Position numbers and translations under genes: made by a program | Source of the DNA: Paraspadella gotoi | Lineage: Eukaryota; Animalia; Chaetognatha | Length of the DNA: 64,000 nt | Assembly (NCBI GenBank): GCA_051294375.1 | Contig: CM119267.1 | Location: forward strand, 751,601 to 815,600 | Direction of reading: 5' to 3' | Part shown: positions 10,301 to 21,921 of the stretch, in pieces | How the letters are laid out: each line of letters begins with the position of its first letter | How positions within the stretch are numbered: position 1 is the first letter of the stretch | Notes under the pieces: generated by a model | The model's input: only the letters and a program-made list of their open reading frames with translations | Databases searched by the model: none | Told to the model about the DNA's origin: nothing

Positions 10301-13300
10301 AATTATTCCAAATCTGATGTTCATGAAGCTGAAACTTATGGTAAACTATTATTTTTGTGGAAATAAATACATTTTTGTGGAAGAGTAAACGTCTGGGCAA
10401 CTGTTAAAACAAAAAAAAATTAAAATTAAAAACAAATTTTGACCATTTTTTGCCCCCATGAGTGACCCCTACCGGGCCCCATATCTCGGCTCAGGGGTCA
10501 AATATTGAAATTCGCCTCGAATATTTCTATTTGTATTCACATAGGGATCGTTCATACCAAATTTCATTAAAATATATTCAAAAGTTTTCTCGGAACGTGT
10601 TCTGGTCAACAAAAAAGGGGTACTGTGGCAGCAAGACTTAAAGCTGCCTCACTGCTGTCCATCCTCAGCCTCGTCTCAATGGCTGAGCAGGCTAAATCAT
10701 CTCATTCCATCCGTGCGTCCCGGGTTCAATCCCTGGGGATCCCGGTTCTGGCTTAAATGTGACGGTGCCGGTATAAACATGCCAGTGACAGGAGGCGGTC
10801 ACTGAGGGTCCGCAGCCCCTACGCCAGTTGGTGAGATACCCCGCGCCCCGGGTATCACAGGCTATCCTCCCGTTGCCATAAGTGGTGAGCCCTACTCTCG
10901 AACACGCAACCGCTGCGCACCGTGCGCCCATGCTTACGTCGCTTAGGGTATGCATATCACGCCTATGCCCTACTTCTCTGGTAACGCTCCAGACTCGCTC
11001 GCCCGCTCGCTCTCACTATGGCAATGAGATCAAAACCTCTTCTCAGACATCTCCTCAGGATTGAGGCCTCTGTGGAGAAGTCTGGTGGGGGATCCTGTGG
11101 CAGCAAGACTTAAAGCTGCCTCACTGCTGTCCATCCTCAGCCTCGTCTCAATGGCTTAGCCGGCTAAATCATCTCATTCCATCCGTGCGTCCCGGGTTCA
11201 ATCCCTGGGTATCCGGTTCTGGCTTAAATGTGACGGTGCCGGTATAAACATGCCAGTGACAGGAGGCGGTCACTGAGGGTCCGCAGCCCCACGCCAGTTG
11301 GTGAGATACCCGCGGCCCCGGTATCACAGGATATCCTCCCATTGCCATAGTACCACATTTTATAATATGAAGCCTTCTGTATTTTCTCTTGCATGGAACT
11401 CATATTTTTTGTCGTACATAAATGAGACAGCTCATATAAATCACAAGAGGCCAAAGTTTCTTGATATCTAAATTTTATTTTTCGATTCTTACATTATTAA
11501 AATGCCGTAAAATATCTGGAAAGATACCGCAACATTTTTTTTTTCATCATGTTCGGTAGTCTGCGAAATCAACAAGTTCACCTTTCTCATCTCTATTATG
11601 TCACCACTGACGACGCTAACTACCTTTGGTGGTTTTAAGAGGGACCGGGCGCTTAACCGCCTGTAACACGGTGTTACAGCCTGACCTGAAGCTCATAACT
11701 CATAACAATTATTTCTGTCTCTTCAATACATAAATATATGATTTTTTAGCAACGGGGAGACATGAGTGATGCCCGGCGTGTGAGGCATCTCCGGACATCT
11801 AGGGCTCAGGACCTGCCGTGACCACTAGGGTGGAGTGATGAAAAGATTGAGCGATGGAACAATGTTTTTTTGCTGCCTTTGTATATGTAATATAAAATAA
11901 TTCAGCCCTTTTTCAAAAAAAATTTGCATAACAGTATCATTAATTAAATTTTTTTTATAGTAATATCCTTATAAAATCATAAAATTTCAAAATCATATTT
12001 TTTTAATTTTAAGAACAGTTTTGGATTCGCCGGCAAAAACTAAAAAACTTTTGTAAAATATGTTACATGATATTTTTAGGTTAAAGCTGCGAAAAATGAC
12101 CAAAATGTTTCATCATATAATAGTTTCTACTACAAAGTATAAAAAAGTGGAGAATTTGACCTGTTTTTTCCATTTTTGACACTGAAGACATTGAAATTTT
12201 TAATAACATATTTTATATTTTTGATCTAACTTTTTATGAAGAATCAGAATCTTTAATAAAAATTTAAAAAAATTATTTTGAAAATTTATGATTTTATAAG
12301 AATATTACTATAAATATATTGTAATTAATGATACTGTTCCCCAATCAATATAAGCAAAATATTTTTTGTACTCTTTAATCATATTATCTCACGTCTAAAT
12401 ATGCTTGTTTGATCACTCAAATAAAATTTATGTTCCCGAGTGCTCCACTCTAGTGACCACCCCATGTCACTGGCGTGCTTATACCGGCACCATCACGCTT
12501 AACCAGCGTGACCGTGCGGGGAAGGAACCCGAAACTCACGGTTGGTGAGCGAATACTTAGTTTTACCAAGCTATAGTAGCTATACAGTAGGTGAATTTGG
12601 GATTCGTCACAATTAATACATTCGATCAGTTAACTCACCTTTTATTAACTCACCTTTTATTAACTCACCTTTCCGCAAGCGACGTGATGAAGGGAGACGA
12701 CAGGGTCGACGACGCCGGCGGGAGAGTTCTCGTCGGCGGCGCCATCCCCGAGCGAGATAGAGAGAGAGTGGAATGGAACGAGTTTCTTGATTTGGGGCGA
12801 AAAGATGAAGTTTTGTCCGTCGACGGTTGAGAGGAAAAGAAGAGAAGAATTTGTTTGGGAAGAAAAAGAAGATGATGATGACGGAATCTATGAGATAAAA
12901 GTTTTGGTCAATTTGTGTTTTTCCTTCTCATTTTTATATACAACCCAAGTGATAGTACATAGTATCTCACCCGTTTTTATTAAAAATCTATTAAAGCGAA
13001 ATCTTTCTACTTTTCCTCAAGCTCCTACTTATTCGAGAGTCCTACTTTTTTAAATATCTGCTATTACTTTCTTTTGCTGTTTTTATTTATCCACATGTTT
13101 TATTCTTTATTTAAGTTAAACTTAATTTTTTTAAACAGATCCGAAAATGTCTTATCGAATCGAAGCTTGCACTTTGTGGATCATTTCAAACGAGATCGAG
13201 TTCTTCTTATGTTGGACATAAACTCTCGTCATGATCCGTGATCCATAGTGTACTAGTTTAGATCATTTCTCACATCTTTTGATACGGTTTTAATTTTTAA

Positions 13301-13575
13301 CTAACTTTTAGTAAATAAATAGACCGACCGACCTGGACCCAACAAGCGTCGGCGACGAATGATTCCAATTTGACGCTAAACAGAATCTCTTTCCCTCTGG
13401 CGGCGAAAACGTGAACGTCGTGATCGATGGCGACGACGACGGCGTCACCGTCACCCGAGGCGACGAGACGCGGCGTCGACGGCGCCTCGCATCCGGCGTC
13501 GCGAGAGATGAGCGCCTGTGTGGCGGCGCCGGCTGGGAATCCCGTCTCCAAATTCGACCACGAGGCGGCGCTCAT
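1..13575 (-). CDS. KNTC1: Kinetochore-associated protein 1 / Rough deal (RZZ subunit), multi-exon, 3' end runs off the window
   Basis: Exon peptides resemble KNTC1. N-terminus MSAASWSNLETGF..VVVAIDHDVHVF (13575-13335); KEVVYIEG (~7210-7240); LSSTQPKYYLDSLLRKKKFK (~6965-7030) spliced to EALIWAEEKGLDAELVH (~4790), cf. LPENRLSRLLHKHRFAEAESFAIQFGLDVELVY; VISWALERAESFEIYDAASWPDNAIRLLE (2304-2609), cf. WLEQAARNLELTDKANWPENGLQLAE. Span includes introns. Confidence 0.85.
3316..3359 (-). ncRNA. Minimal type I hammerhead ribozyme motif (left arm)
   Basis: Minus strand reads GCA-CTGATGA-A-GGCTT-gaatga-AAGCC-GAAAC-TT-GTC-TGT. Confidence 0.7.
4387..4430 (+). ncRNA. Minimal type I hammerhead ribozyme motif (right arm)
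   Basis: CTGATGA at 4392-4398, helix II GGCTT/AAGCC, GAAAC at 4416-4420, GTC triplet at 4423-4425. Confidence 0.7.
4915..6895. repeat. ~19-bp minisatellite (GGATTCYGGAAGAGGAAAA)n in several blocks, interrupted by two N gaps
   Basis: Tandem units visible at 4915-5142, 5378-5418, 5910-6134 and 6418-6895. The long ORFs called here are repeat artefacts. Confidence 0.95.
8575..9177. mobile_element. hAT-like MITE, second copy
   Basis: Colinear and highly similar to 11826-12452; ends TATGGTGGAG...CTCCACTCAA are slightly degenerate. Confidence 0.8.
9940..11379. mobile_element. Tc1/mariner-like MITE (TA target duplication) carrying an LTR element in one TIR
   Basis: TA|CAGAAGGCTTCATATTATAAAATG...CATTTTATAATATGAAGCCTTCTG|TA; homologous to 51376-52100 and 56907-57623. 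Confidence 0.9.
10624..11349 (+). mobile_element. Miniature non-autonomous LTR retrotransposon (TRIM) with tRNA-derived sequence in its LTRs
   Basis: Direct repeats 10624-10880 and 11096-11349 (TGTGGCA...TGCCATA); GTAC duplicated at 10620-10623 and 11350-11353; PBS-like TGGTGAGCC at 10883; purine-rich GGAGAAGTCTGGTGGGGGA before the 3' LTR; A box TGGCTGAGCAGG (10680) and B box GGTTCAATCC (10723). Confidence 0.85.
11745..12585 (-). mobile_element. Diverged tRNA-headed repeat related to the TRIM LTR, split by a hAT MITE
   Basis: Minus strand shares GGTGCCGGTATAA..GCCAGTGACA..GGTCAC and the terminal CTCCCCGTTGC with the LTR; has degenerate A/B boxes (TAGCTTGGTAA, GGGTTCCTTCC). Confidence 0.6.
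11826..12452. mobile_element. hAT-superfamily MITE
   Basis: Short TIR TAGGGTGGAG/CTCCACTCTA and a perfect 8-bp target duplication GTGACCAC (11818-11825, 12453-12460). Confidence 0.9.
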
Positions 13576-13861
13576 TGTTATAAAAAAAGTATTAATAAAA
13601 AAAAAATTTTAACTAAAAAAAAAATTCCTGGATGAATGATTTTGCGCTCCTCTGGTTGGTGACGAAAGTCAATAAAAATCCTAAACAACATTTAGACTAA
13701 CGATAACAATGATTATGAGAGAGAGACGATTTAAGACTAGTTTTGGAATCAAGGTGAGAGAGAGAGAGAGATATATGAAGGGAATGTGAAATTAAGGAAG
13801 CGAATAAATGGAAGCGATCGACGCCGTCCTCTTTCGTAAAAGGAGGCGCCCTCGTCCCCCG

Positions 13862-16359
13862 TCACGTGGGAGAGGGCGTGGCTATGATCGGACGCGCGGA
13901 ACCGTTGAATTCTGACGCTGTCGAGGAAAGAGACGCCGACCGAAGAGGAGAACTGAGATTGTTGGCGCCGGAAGACGACGACGACGACGATTTCAAAGTC
14001 AGCATCGACCACAAATGTTTCAAAGAATCACCGTAAGATGTCAGCATCGTCGACGTAGAGAAAACGCCGCCTAGTGAGAGAAAACTCGTCACATAAAACA
14101 AAAGGGCAAACGTTCGCGACTCGTGTAAGGGATTCTCCTCTTTACCGATGATGCCGCAGATTCTGACGAGCAGCTGCAGGAGGGAAGGCCACGTCTCCGT
14201 GACGACGACTTTGAAGCTGGCAAAGTCGTACTTGACGAAAATGCCTGGGACGCCGTGGGATCCGCGATCGTGATCGATCGCTCGATTCTGTTCCGTCACC
14301 GCGTATTGGAAAGTGTCGAGGTGGGCGTGGGATGTGGAGACGCGAGTGGGGACAACTGGAATCAACCCTTTTCAATTATGTCATAATGGAACTAAAAAAT
14401 TGAGCAACAATAGTTATTGGTTTTGAAGGACGTTTAACTTGACGTTCGTAAGGCAAGGGTGATTTCATAATTTAATAACATGAAAAAAAACCAAGCAAGC
14501 TTTCATTCAATACTTAAGAGTTCATTTTGTGATATGAGCTCCAATTCTACCTTTTAAAAAATACTGATAGACGATCTGATTGTGATCCGTGACTCTGAGA
14601 TCCCCGTCCATCGGATTGATCTTCCCCGGGGATCGAGGCCCGAAAGAAAATTCGTCGATCCGATGGGAGAAGTTGTAAGCGGCGTCTCCGATCATAATCG
14701 CCAAGTGGGCGTGGCCCCGGGGAAAAGGGATCGAACGTCCCGCCGTCACGTGAAAGTTGCCCGCCACTTTACTGATCTCGACGGAACCGTGATACCTTTT
14801 ATGGGTAAACGATCAGATTATTATTACATTCGAAATGAATATATATTGATGGGAATAATTTCCATTTTTACGTCAACTATTTATCAAAAAAATATTCTTT
14901 AAAAAGAAATTAGTACGTAGAACCAATCTAATATTATCTAATCATTAAATAAATAAGCTATCTTGCCCCTGACATTAGATGCGATGGTTTAAGGCCTTCA
15001 TCACTCTCACAAGATAATGACGAAGCAGGACCCTCACACGAAGGACCCTCACACGAAGGACCTCACACGAAGCAGGACCCTCACACAGATTCGTGTATTC
15101 ACTCACAGAGTACCTGGCTTCCCTATTGATGAAGCGATATAATATTTCAAAGAATAAAACGATCACTTCCTTAATTAATTTAGAAGACATTTCACTCAGA
15201 GAAACCAAAGTATCTTATACTTATAGGAGGGAGATTATGTGTGGCGGTGAGCAAGAGTTACCCAAGGCTTCCTTACCGACAAGCATCGGGATTCCGGTCT
15301 GGCACGTCCTCTCTCGGCGGCATGCTTTGACTCATGTATCCCGATTTCCAGAGGAAGTGATGCAGCGCGTGATACTCAGATTTGATTCGATGGTTCACGC
15401 TTTCCATCATCTCTTGGTAGATGCGCTGACGAGGACTCAGCTCGAAAAAAGCCGGCTCTTCCTCAATGCTGCCAGCTTTGGGACGAACATGGGATGAAAT
15501 AAGATAGGAAATGTACCAACCATGACTGAAAACATTTGTTTTCAACACGAATTTCCCTCATTTATTTATTTCTTCTTTAGTACATCCATTTCATTAAATT
15601 AAATATTCTCCGATCGGTCAAGGTAAAATAAGCCCGAATACAAAATAAATTCACCCGAGATCCACGCATTGTGCTTGTTACTGACATCAAGGACATCCGC
15701 ACCCAGATAACCGCAGGGCATCGCCACAGTGATATCAAGATTTAACAAAACAGTTTCGTTCTTGTCCAGATCAACCTATAACAGGCGGATGCAATGAGTG
15801 AATGAATGAATTAATTAATGTCCTTTAAAGCGGCCAACCTTGTAGTCGAAATTGAGTTCTGAGTCAAAATAAAGTCGAACTTCGGACAAAACTAAAACTG
15901 CGATGAGAATGAAAGTCGCCACAGAAAGAGTTCCTCGACCTGGAGATCGATATAGTGGGCCACATCAATGTCACTTTATACACTACGGTTTATATACATA
16001 CTCTACGGTTTTAATACATACATGTATATAAGCAGTCCCTGAGCTTCGGATCAGGCTGTAACGTGTTACAGACAGATTAACTGCTTGGCGGCCACTGGGC
16101 TAGAACCCCGGACCTTTTGGGTTTTTGAGGCGAATGACTTGCCTCCTGCACCAATGGCCGCTGATTTTAGTCCACCATAATATATAATAATCACGAAACA
16201 TTTGAGGGACAATTGAGAGACCCCAAGTCTACTATAACATGACATGACATGACAGGGGGATCAATCACCTGTCGTTGACGGCTCCTTGTAAGTCTCAGGC
16301 ACCTTTGGAAACGCATCCAACTCTTTGATCGTCGCCACAACCTTACGTCGTCTCAACAT
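13862..16359 (-). CDS. ERGIC2: ER-Golgi intermediate compartment protein 2 (Erv41 family), multi-exon
   Basis: MLRRRKVVATIKELDAFPKVPE start; GNFHVTAGRSIPFPRGHAHL; NFSHRIDEFSFG; HGVPGIFVKYD; LLVRICGIIGG. Confidence 0.92.
14950..15190. repeat. Dispersed intronic repeat family with variable internal minisatellite (other copies ~55912-56410 and ~59175-59520)
   Basis: AGCTATCTTGCCCCTGAC..GGTTTAAGGCCT..CATCACTCT..CAAGATAATGAC is shared (reverse complement) with ~55912-56410; AGAGTAC..G.CTTCCCTAT..ATGAAG is shared with both other loci. Confidence 0.75.
16035..16161 (-). mobile_element. tRNA-derived SINE (tRNA-like head 16161-16086) in ERGIC2 intron 1
   Basis: Acceptor stem GCGGCCA/TGGCCGC followed by CA; A box TGGTGCAGGAGG; B box GGTTCTAGCC; no canonical anticodon arm. 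The body CTGTAACAC..GTTACAGCCTGA..GAAGCTC recurs at ~11660-11695. Confidence 0.65.
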
Positions 16360-16702
16360 TTTTTATTCCTGAGTCTAAGACGTGCGACGCTATGTTTCAG
16401 CGCAACAAAGTGCGCAAGCGATAGAGAGAGAGACGTTATTAACCTATCATGTCTAACAACACTTTCGTTGTCCAAATTCTTAGAAAGAAAACAGAAAACG
16501 ACTCGCATTACATTTTCACTTTTATTCAACTTTTATTTCTCAAAATAAACATAATATTAACTAAAGATGGCAAAAAATGTAAATTAACCAAACATCAGAA
16601 GAAAAAAGAAAAAGGCCTAAGTTCGAAAATCAAAGTTCGAAGTTGACATCTCGGGATCGACGATCGATTTCAGCGGCAGCACGGCTATTCAGCGGCTCTG
16701 CT

Positions 16703-17319
16703 CTACTTAGTGGCGACAGCTGTGGAGGGGGCGGCACCGCGCTGCCGCGGCTTGGGCTGCGTGCCCTCGCGGAATCCATTGCGGAATCGACGGTTGACGA
16801 TCTTGAGGTGACGGAGACGACCCGTTCCGGTTGTACGACGGCGACGGGACTTTTCAGACCACTGAGGGGAAGGGGGAGTGGGAGGGGGAAGTGGGAGGGG
16901 GAAAGAAAGGAGGGGGAGGGAGGAAAAGGGAAGGGGGGAAGGAAAGAAATGGGAGGGGGGAAGAAAAGGAGGAAGGAAGAAGAGGGGATAGAGGGAGAAA
17001 AAAGAAAAACTTGAAAAAAAGAAAAAAAAGAATTCGCTGTAACGAAATCTCGTGAATAAAATCAGATTAGAGTTGATCATCGTGAGTTTCAGAACCCGTT
17101 TACCATTTAGAGTTGGCATCATGATTTAGCGACATATTCCTCCCTAAGCCCTAAGCCTGAGCCCCAATCCAATACCTGGTAAGTCCTTTTCCTCTTCGAC
17201 GGATAACCGCAAGAACCGCAGGTTTTCTTCTGGATGTGATAAGCGCTGCGTCCACATCGACGGCACAGAGTGTGCGTCTTGTTGTGCTTCTTACCGAAGC
17301 TCGTCGTTCCCTTCGTCAT
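16703..17319 (-). CDS. RPL37: 60S ribosomal protein L37 (eL37), two coding exons
   Basis: [30 protein letters not shown] spliced to [34 protein letters not shown]. Confidence 0.97.
17057..17128 (-). ncRNA. Candidate intronic box C/D snoRNA
   Basis: Minus strand: AAATC-ATGATG(C)...CTGA (D')..ACGATGA (C')...CTGA-TTTT, ~70 nt, with complementary ends, in a ribosomal-protein intron. Target not identified. Confidence 0.45.
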
Positions 17320-17563
17320 CTCGAAAGTTGAGCGAACTTTCGAGTTTTATATCTTAACGAAAACAAATCTGAAAGCTAAAAACAATATAACGGACCAATA
17401 TGAGAGAGAGAGAGAGAAGCAAGAAAATAATTTAACTGGCGACTTATATTTTTATGTCAAAGACAAAGACGATTTTAATTAATTCGCGAGGTTTTTTGTT
17501 TTTTTTTAAATTTTGGAGGGAAAAGAGGAGGGAGGGCGAGAGCGATTGACTTTAGAAATAAAA

Positions 17564-17620
<57 letters not shown>

Positions 17621-18093
17621 TTCCGTTTCAGACCACCACTAATTTCCGTTTTCAACAAGTATAAGAATGAGCATTTCCAAACATACGTACGTGTTTAAAA
17701 AAAAAGAAAACTTAACGTAGTGATGGGGGAAGGCCAACAATAAAATAAAATTTCTCGCGAAAAAAAAACCAAAGATTTCTCGTTGTTTGTTCGAATATCA
17801 CATGTATGATCATGGCATTTTTATATATCACATAATTAACTTTAATTTAAATAGTTATGTTTTAATTAGACGATTTAAAAAAAAATATTTTCGAAGTTTT
17901 CTTTCGTTTCGTTTCACATCAAATTCAGTAGTTAGTTTGTTTTTGTGAAAAATCACACGACGCATGACACTCGACAGGTTTTTTCGTTTCGTTCACGATC
18001 GCAATCGTTCACGTATCACAATCGCCCGAATCAAGGACTCAAGATATGCATTAGAAGTAGTCAAGACAAGATGAAGGTCAAAAGGTCAAAAGG

Positions 18094-21000
18094 TCAAGAC
18101 ATGTTCTTGACAGCGAGGACAGTGACGCCTACAAGCGCCGCCGTTCCCGCCACTGCCAGAGCCCACGAGCCGAACCAGGACCCAACTCGCCACGACCCGT
18201 TATCCTGAGAAAATTAGTTAATAATTAGTTAATAAAAGCTAATTATTATTTATTCATATAATAAAGACCCGCGATGGTTTCTCTTCCGGTTTAGGCGACT
18301 CTGTCCCCAACATTTTCGCGTAAAGACGCTTTTCTTTGTCCTCTTGCACTTTGGCCAACTTGGAAAGTCTCTCCACGTCTTTCTTGATCACTTTCGAGTT
18401 GGGGTCCAACTTCAACGATTTCTGCCACAAAAATTGGACGTCTTTGTCACAAAGGGCATAAAAAGTTGGTTCAAGTGCGATGATTGCGCACCTTGTAGCA
18501 GGCGAGGGCTTCGGCCGTGTCCTTTTGAAGCTCGAGGACTTTGCCTTTCCTGAAGAGAGCCTTGACGTTGGAGGGCTGGAGTTTGAGGACGGTGTCGCAA
18601 GACCTGACGGCGGCGTCGTATGCCAAGAGCTTCGTCTGCGTCGCCGCCAGGTTGTTGTAGACTTTTAGTTTCTCCTCGAGGAGGCGTTGGAGTTCAGAGG
18701 GAGAACCCGTGGCGTCACCGCCGCCGCCTTGAGGGAAGGGATGCGGGGTGAAGATGAATTTAATGATTAGAGAAAAAAGACGTCAAGGTCATCGCCCCCA
18801 TCATGCTTGTTAAGAGATTCCATTCCATTGTCCAAAGCTAATTTACCTCTATCTCCTTCCCCGCCCCCCCCCCACCCCCCCTTCATCCTCACCGGCGTCG
18901 GCGTCCAAAATCTTGACGGCCTTTGTGTAGCAGACGATCGCCTGAGAGAATTCCTCTCGCTTGAAGAGGGCGTTGCCTCGCTCTTTCTTCTTGAGCCCGT
19001 GATCGAGTCGCTCCTGTGAAGAGAAAATGGAATGAGACATGGAATGATCGATGGAATAAATTAGCGAATTCTTTTACCGTGGGACTCATGCTTCCGTAAT
19101 CCAAGGGTCCTTTAATGTCTAGGAGGGCGATAACGTAATGTATCTTCGCGTCAGGCGGGACGTCGTCTCGCCCCAATTTCCCGTAGGCGAATTTAGGGTC
19201 AGTTTTAATCTCGCAAACTTCGCCGATCCGCAACATTCGGGCCACGATGTCCCAGGCCTAAATATCATTAGTTTTTAATTATAATAATAATCAATTATTA
19301 TAAATAATTATAATCAATAATAATAATTATAATTATAATGACATGTATGACGTCGTGATCTCCGATGGTGAATTCCAGCGCCTCGTTTAAGTCCACCTGC
19401 GAACCGTCCTCCAATTTCCCTGCAACAATTTCACTCCAATTTAGATCAATTTTCAAATGTCAATTATTTAATTAGCAACCCGATTGTGTTACCTTCGGTC
19501 ATAATCTTAACAAACTGGCCGACAGTGGGTTGGACTCCGTCGGCCTCTCCCTCGATGACGGTTTTCTTCATGAGAGTTCCGCTGCCGAGGATGTCCTCCC
19601 ATCCCGAAGTCTCTTCCTCCGTTTCTCCTTCAGGTCTTTTCCTTTCCTCCTCTTTATCCATCTCACCTCCGTCTCTTCCTCCCTTTTCTTCCTCTCTTCT
19701 TTCATCTCCTTTTTCTTCTTCTTTTTCTTCTTTTGTCTTAACATTTTCATTTTCTTCATTTTTCTTCATCTCTTTAATTTCATCAGGTTTAACTTCGATC
19801 ACAGTCGAAGCGGCGACCGCTTCTTCGAATTCCCCTTTTTCTGACGACGATTTTTCCCCAATAACTTTTTGATCAGATTCTTTTGAGTCATCGAGTGAGG
19901 ATCCCTTGGCAACAGCGATGGCCACCTCAGGATGAATGGGAGAGGCTTCGACGGGGAATTGGGAGTGGGGCTTCTCTTCAGCTGGAGATCTTTCGCCGGA
20001 AGAGATCATCTCGAATCCGCTGCTGTTATCTGCTTCTGAACCTGAGAAATTATAATTAGATATAATTATATAATAATCTTTTTTTCCTCACCCATTCCCC
20101 AAGCTACTCCCTAAGCCATTTCCCCAAAGCCACTTCCCCAGGCCCATCCAAATTTACCCTGCGACATCTTGGGCGTCCGCGATCCTTCGTCGCTGAGCGG
20201 AGGGGAGACCATAACGGGCGACTCGGAACCCGGAGTGACACTCATGGATTCAGGGTTCGATTTCGCGTCTCTGGGAAAAGAGAGAATCTCCACGGAATCC
20301 GTTTCGTTGTCGTCGTTGTCGTCGACGTCCTCCGAATTGAGTTCAACTTCTGCGAAGAGAAAATAAATTTGATTTGGATCTTCTCACCTTCATCTTCTCA
20401 ACCTCCTCCCCTTTTAATTCAATAAATAATCAAATTTAGTTCGTTAATCTCATTTGCATATAGTCGTTTTAAATTTAGTAGGCTACAGTGGCGATCCTGA
20501 TTATTATTATATCTACTTGTCATTTCATGGTATGAAATTGTAAATTCACTCGTGTCATTAGCACAGGAATTGATTGTCTCGATTGATTAGAGTGTTTAAA
20601 ACAATTAATTAACAGTTAATTTAGTATTAAACTTAAAAGAATCCATCTTTTACTGATCCCTTATTCTTTTCCTTTCCAATTTTTTTCCTTCTTCCTCCTC
20701 CTTAACCTTTCTCCTCTTCCTCGTCCTCTAAATCTTCCTTGTCCAGTTCCTGCGAATGAGTTGAAGGTTCTCGCAAAACCGGTTCCAAAATCTCCACAGT
20801 TTGAGAAATCACGAAATCGTCTTTGATGCCTAAGACAATCACATACTAAGTAAATAATAATTAAATATGTCAAAGAGTTTAGAAAGCCTTTCTCCCTCCT
20901 TTACCTAAACTGTCCCCCGAGTGCGCGAGAGTCGAAGAGAGAGACTCCCTCCCCTTTTCTTCTTCCCTCTCCTTCCCCGCCTCTCCTTCCTTCCTCCCTT

Positions 21001-21750
21001 CCTCCTCCTCCTCCTCCTCTTCTTTGACGGAGACGTTGAGGGAGGGAACGAAGGACTGGGCGAAAGGATTAAGGAGAGAGGAAGAGGAATCGGAAGGCAC
21101 TTGTGAAGAGGCGGCGTCTCCGCTCTTGATAGGAAAAGGAGAGGAGGCTATAATGGATCACGAGGGATCACATGTCGAAGGTAAAATCAACAAGGAAGAT
21201 TTTTAAAATTAGCCACGTAGATCACACATTCTTTTTTTATTCTCCTGCTGCTGCGGCTTCTCTGCACGATTCAAACCATGAAACCTTTTTTCGTAACACA
21301 TTTTTTATCCTAAACAGTAAACATACATTTTGTTCGTAATATTCACGAATTGACATTGACATTTTATACCAATATCACACTATCATTTACAGACATAATG
21401 GCTTCAGACAAAGAGAGCAAAAAGGGTGTTATTGAGTAAGGTCTCGCTACGACCAAATATATTCAAGGTTCGAAAGGTTTTTGTCCGGTTACCTCTTCGA
21501 CATTCTCGGCTTTCCCGGCGAGGTCGTCTCCGTCGCCTTCAGTCGCTTCATCCGAGGGAGAATTTTCGATGGGACGAAATTCGGAGGCGGAAATGAATTC
21601 GATCGACTCCGCCAGAGAAGAAGGTTGATCTGGCAAGGCGGCGGCGGCGGCGGCAGCGGCAGCGGCGGAGGCGACTTCAAGAGCGGCGGCGGCGTCAGCG
21701 TCGTGACAGTCGGAATAAGAATCGAGAGCTCCCTCCGAACTCGACTCCAT
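18094..21750 (-). CDS. FKBP8: FKBP8/FKBP38-like peptidyl-prolyl isomerase (acidic N-terminus, FKBP domain, TPRs, C-terminal TM anchor)
   Basis: WEDILGSGTLMKKTV; KFAYGKLG..PPDAKIHY; KKERGNALFKREEF TPR; hydrophobic tail WALAVAGTAALVGVTVLAVKNMS-stop. Start codon tentative. Confidence 0.88.
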
Positions 21751-21921
21751 ACTTTCGAGAGTTTAATACCCTCTTAGGTTAAATACTGTAAAGTATCGAA
21801 CGAATAACGTAAAACATATTGTAAAAGAAACATTAAAAAAAAAACTGGCAAAGGGAGAAAGAGAAGAGAGGTAGGAATGGGAAATGGAAAATGGGAAATG
21901 AAGCGGGTAAAGGAAAAAAGA

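Larger units (their letters stand above)
9250..11532. mobile_element. Non-autonomous DNA transposon with ~140-bp terminal inverted repeats, hosting nested elements
   Basis: 9252-9395 is the reverse complement of ~11388-11530. Confidence 0.7.

Noticed and set aside
1-13575. Initial reading as NBAS/Sec39-like gene
   Set aside because: Several exon motifs fit KNTC1/Rod specifically.
16086-16161. Functional tRNA gene
   Set aside because: Acceptor stem and A/B boxes are present but there is no proper anticodon arm, and a repeat body follows; better read as a SINE head.
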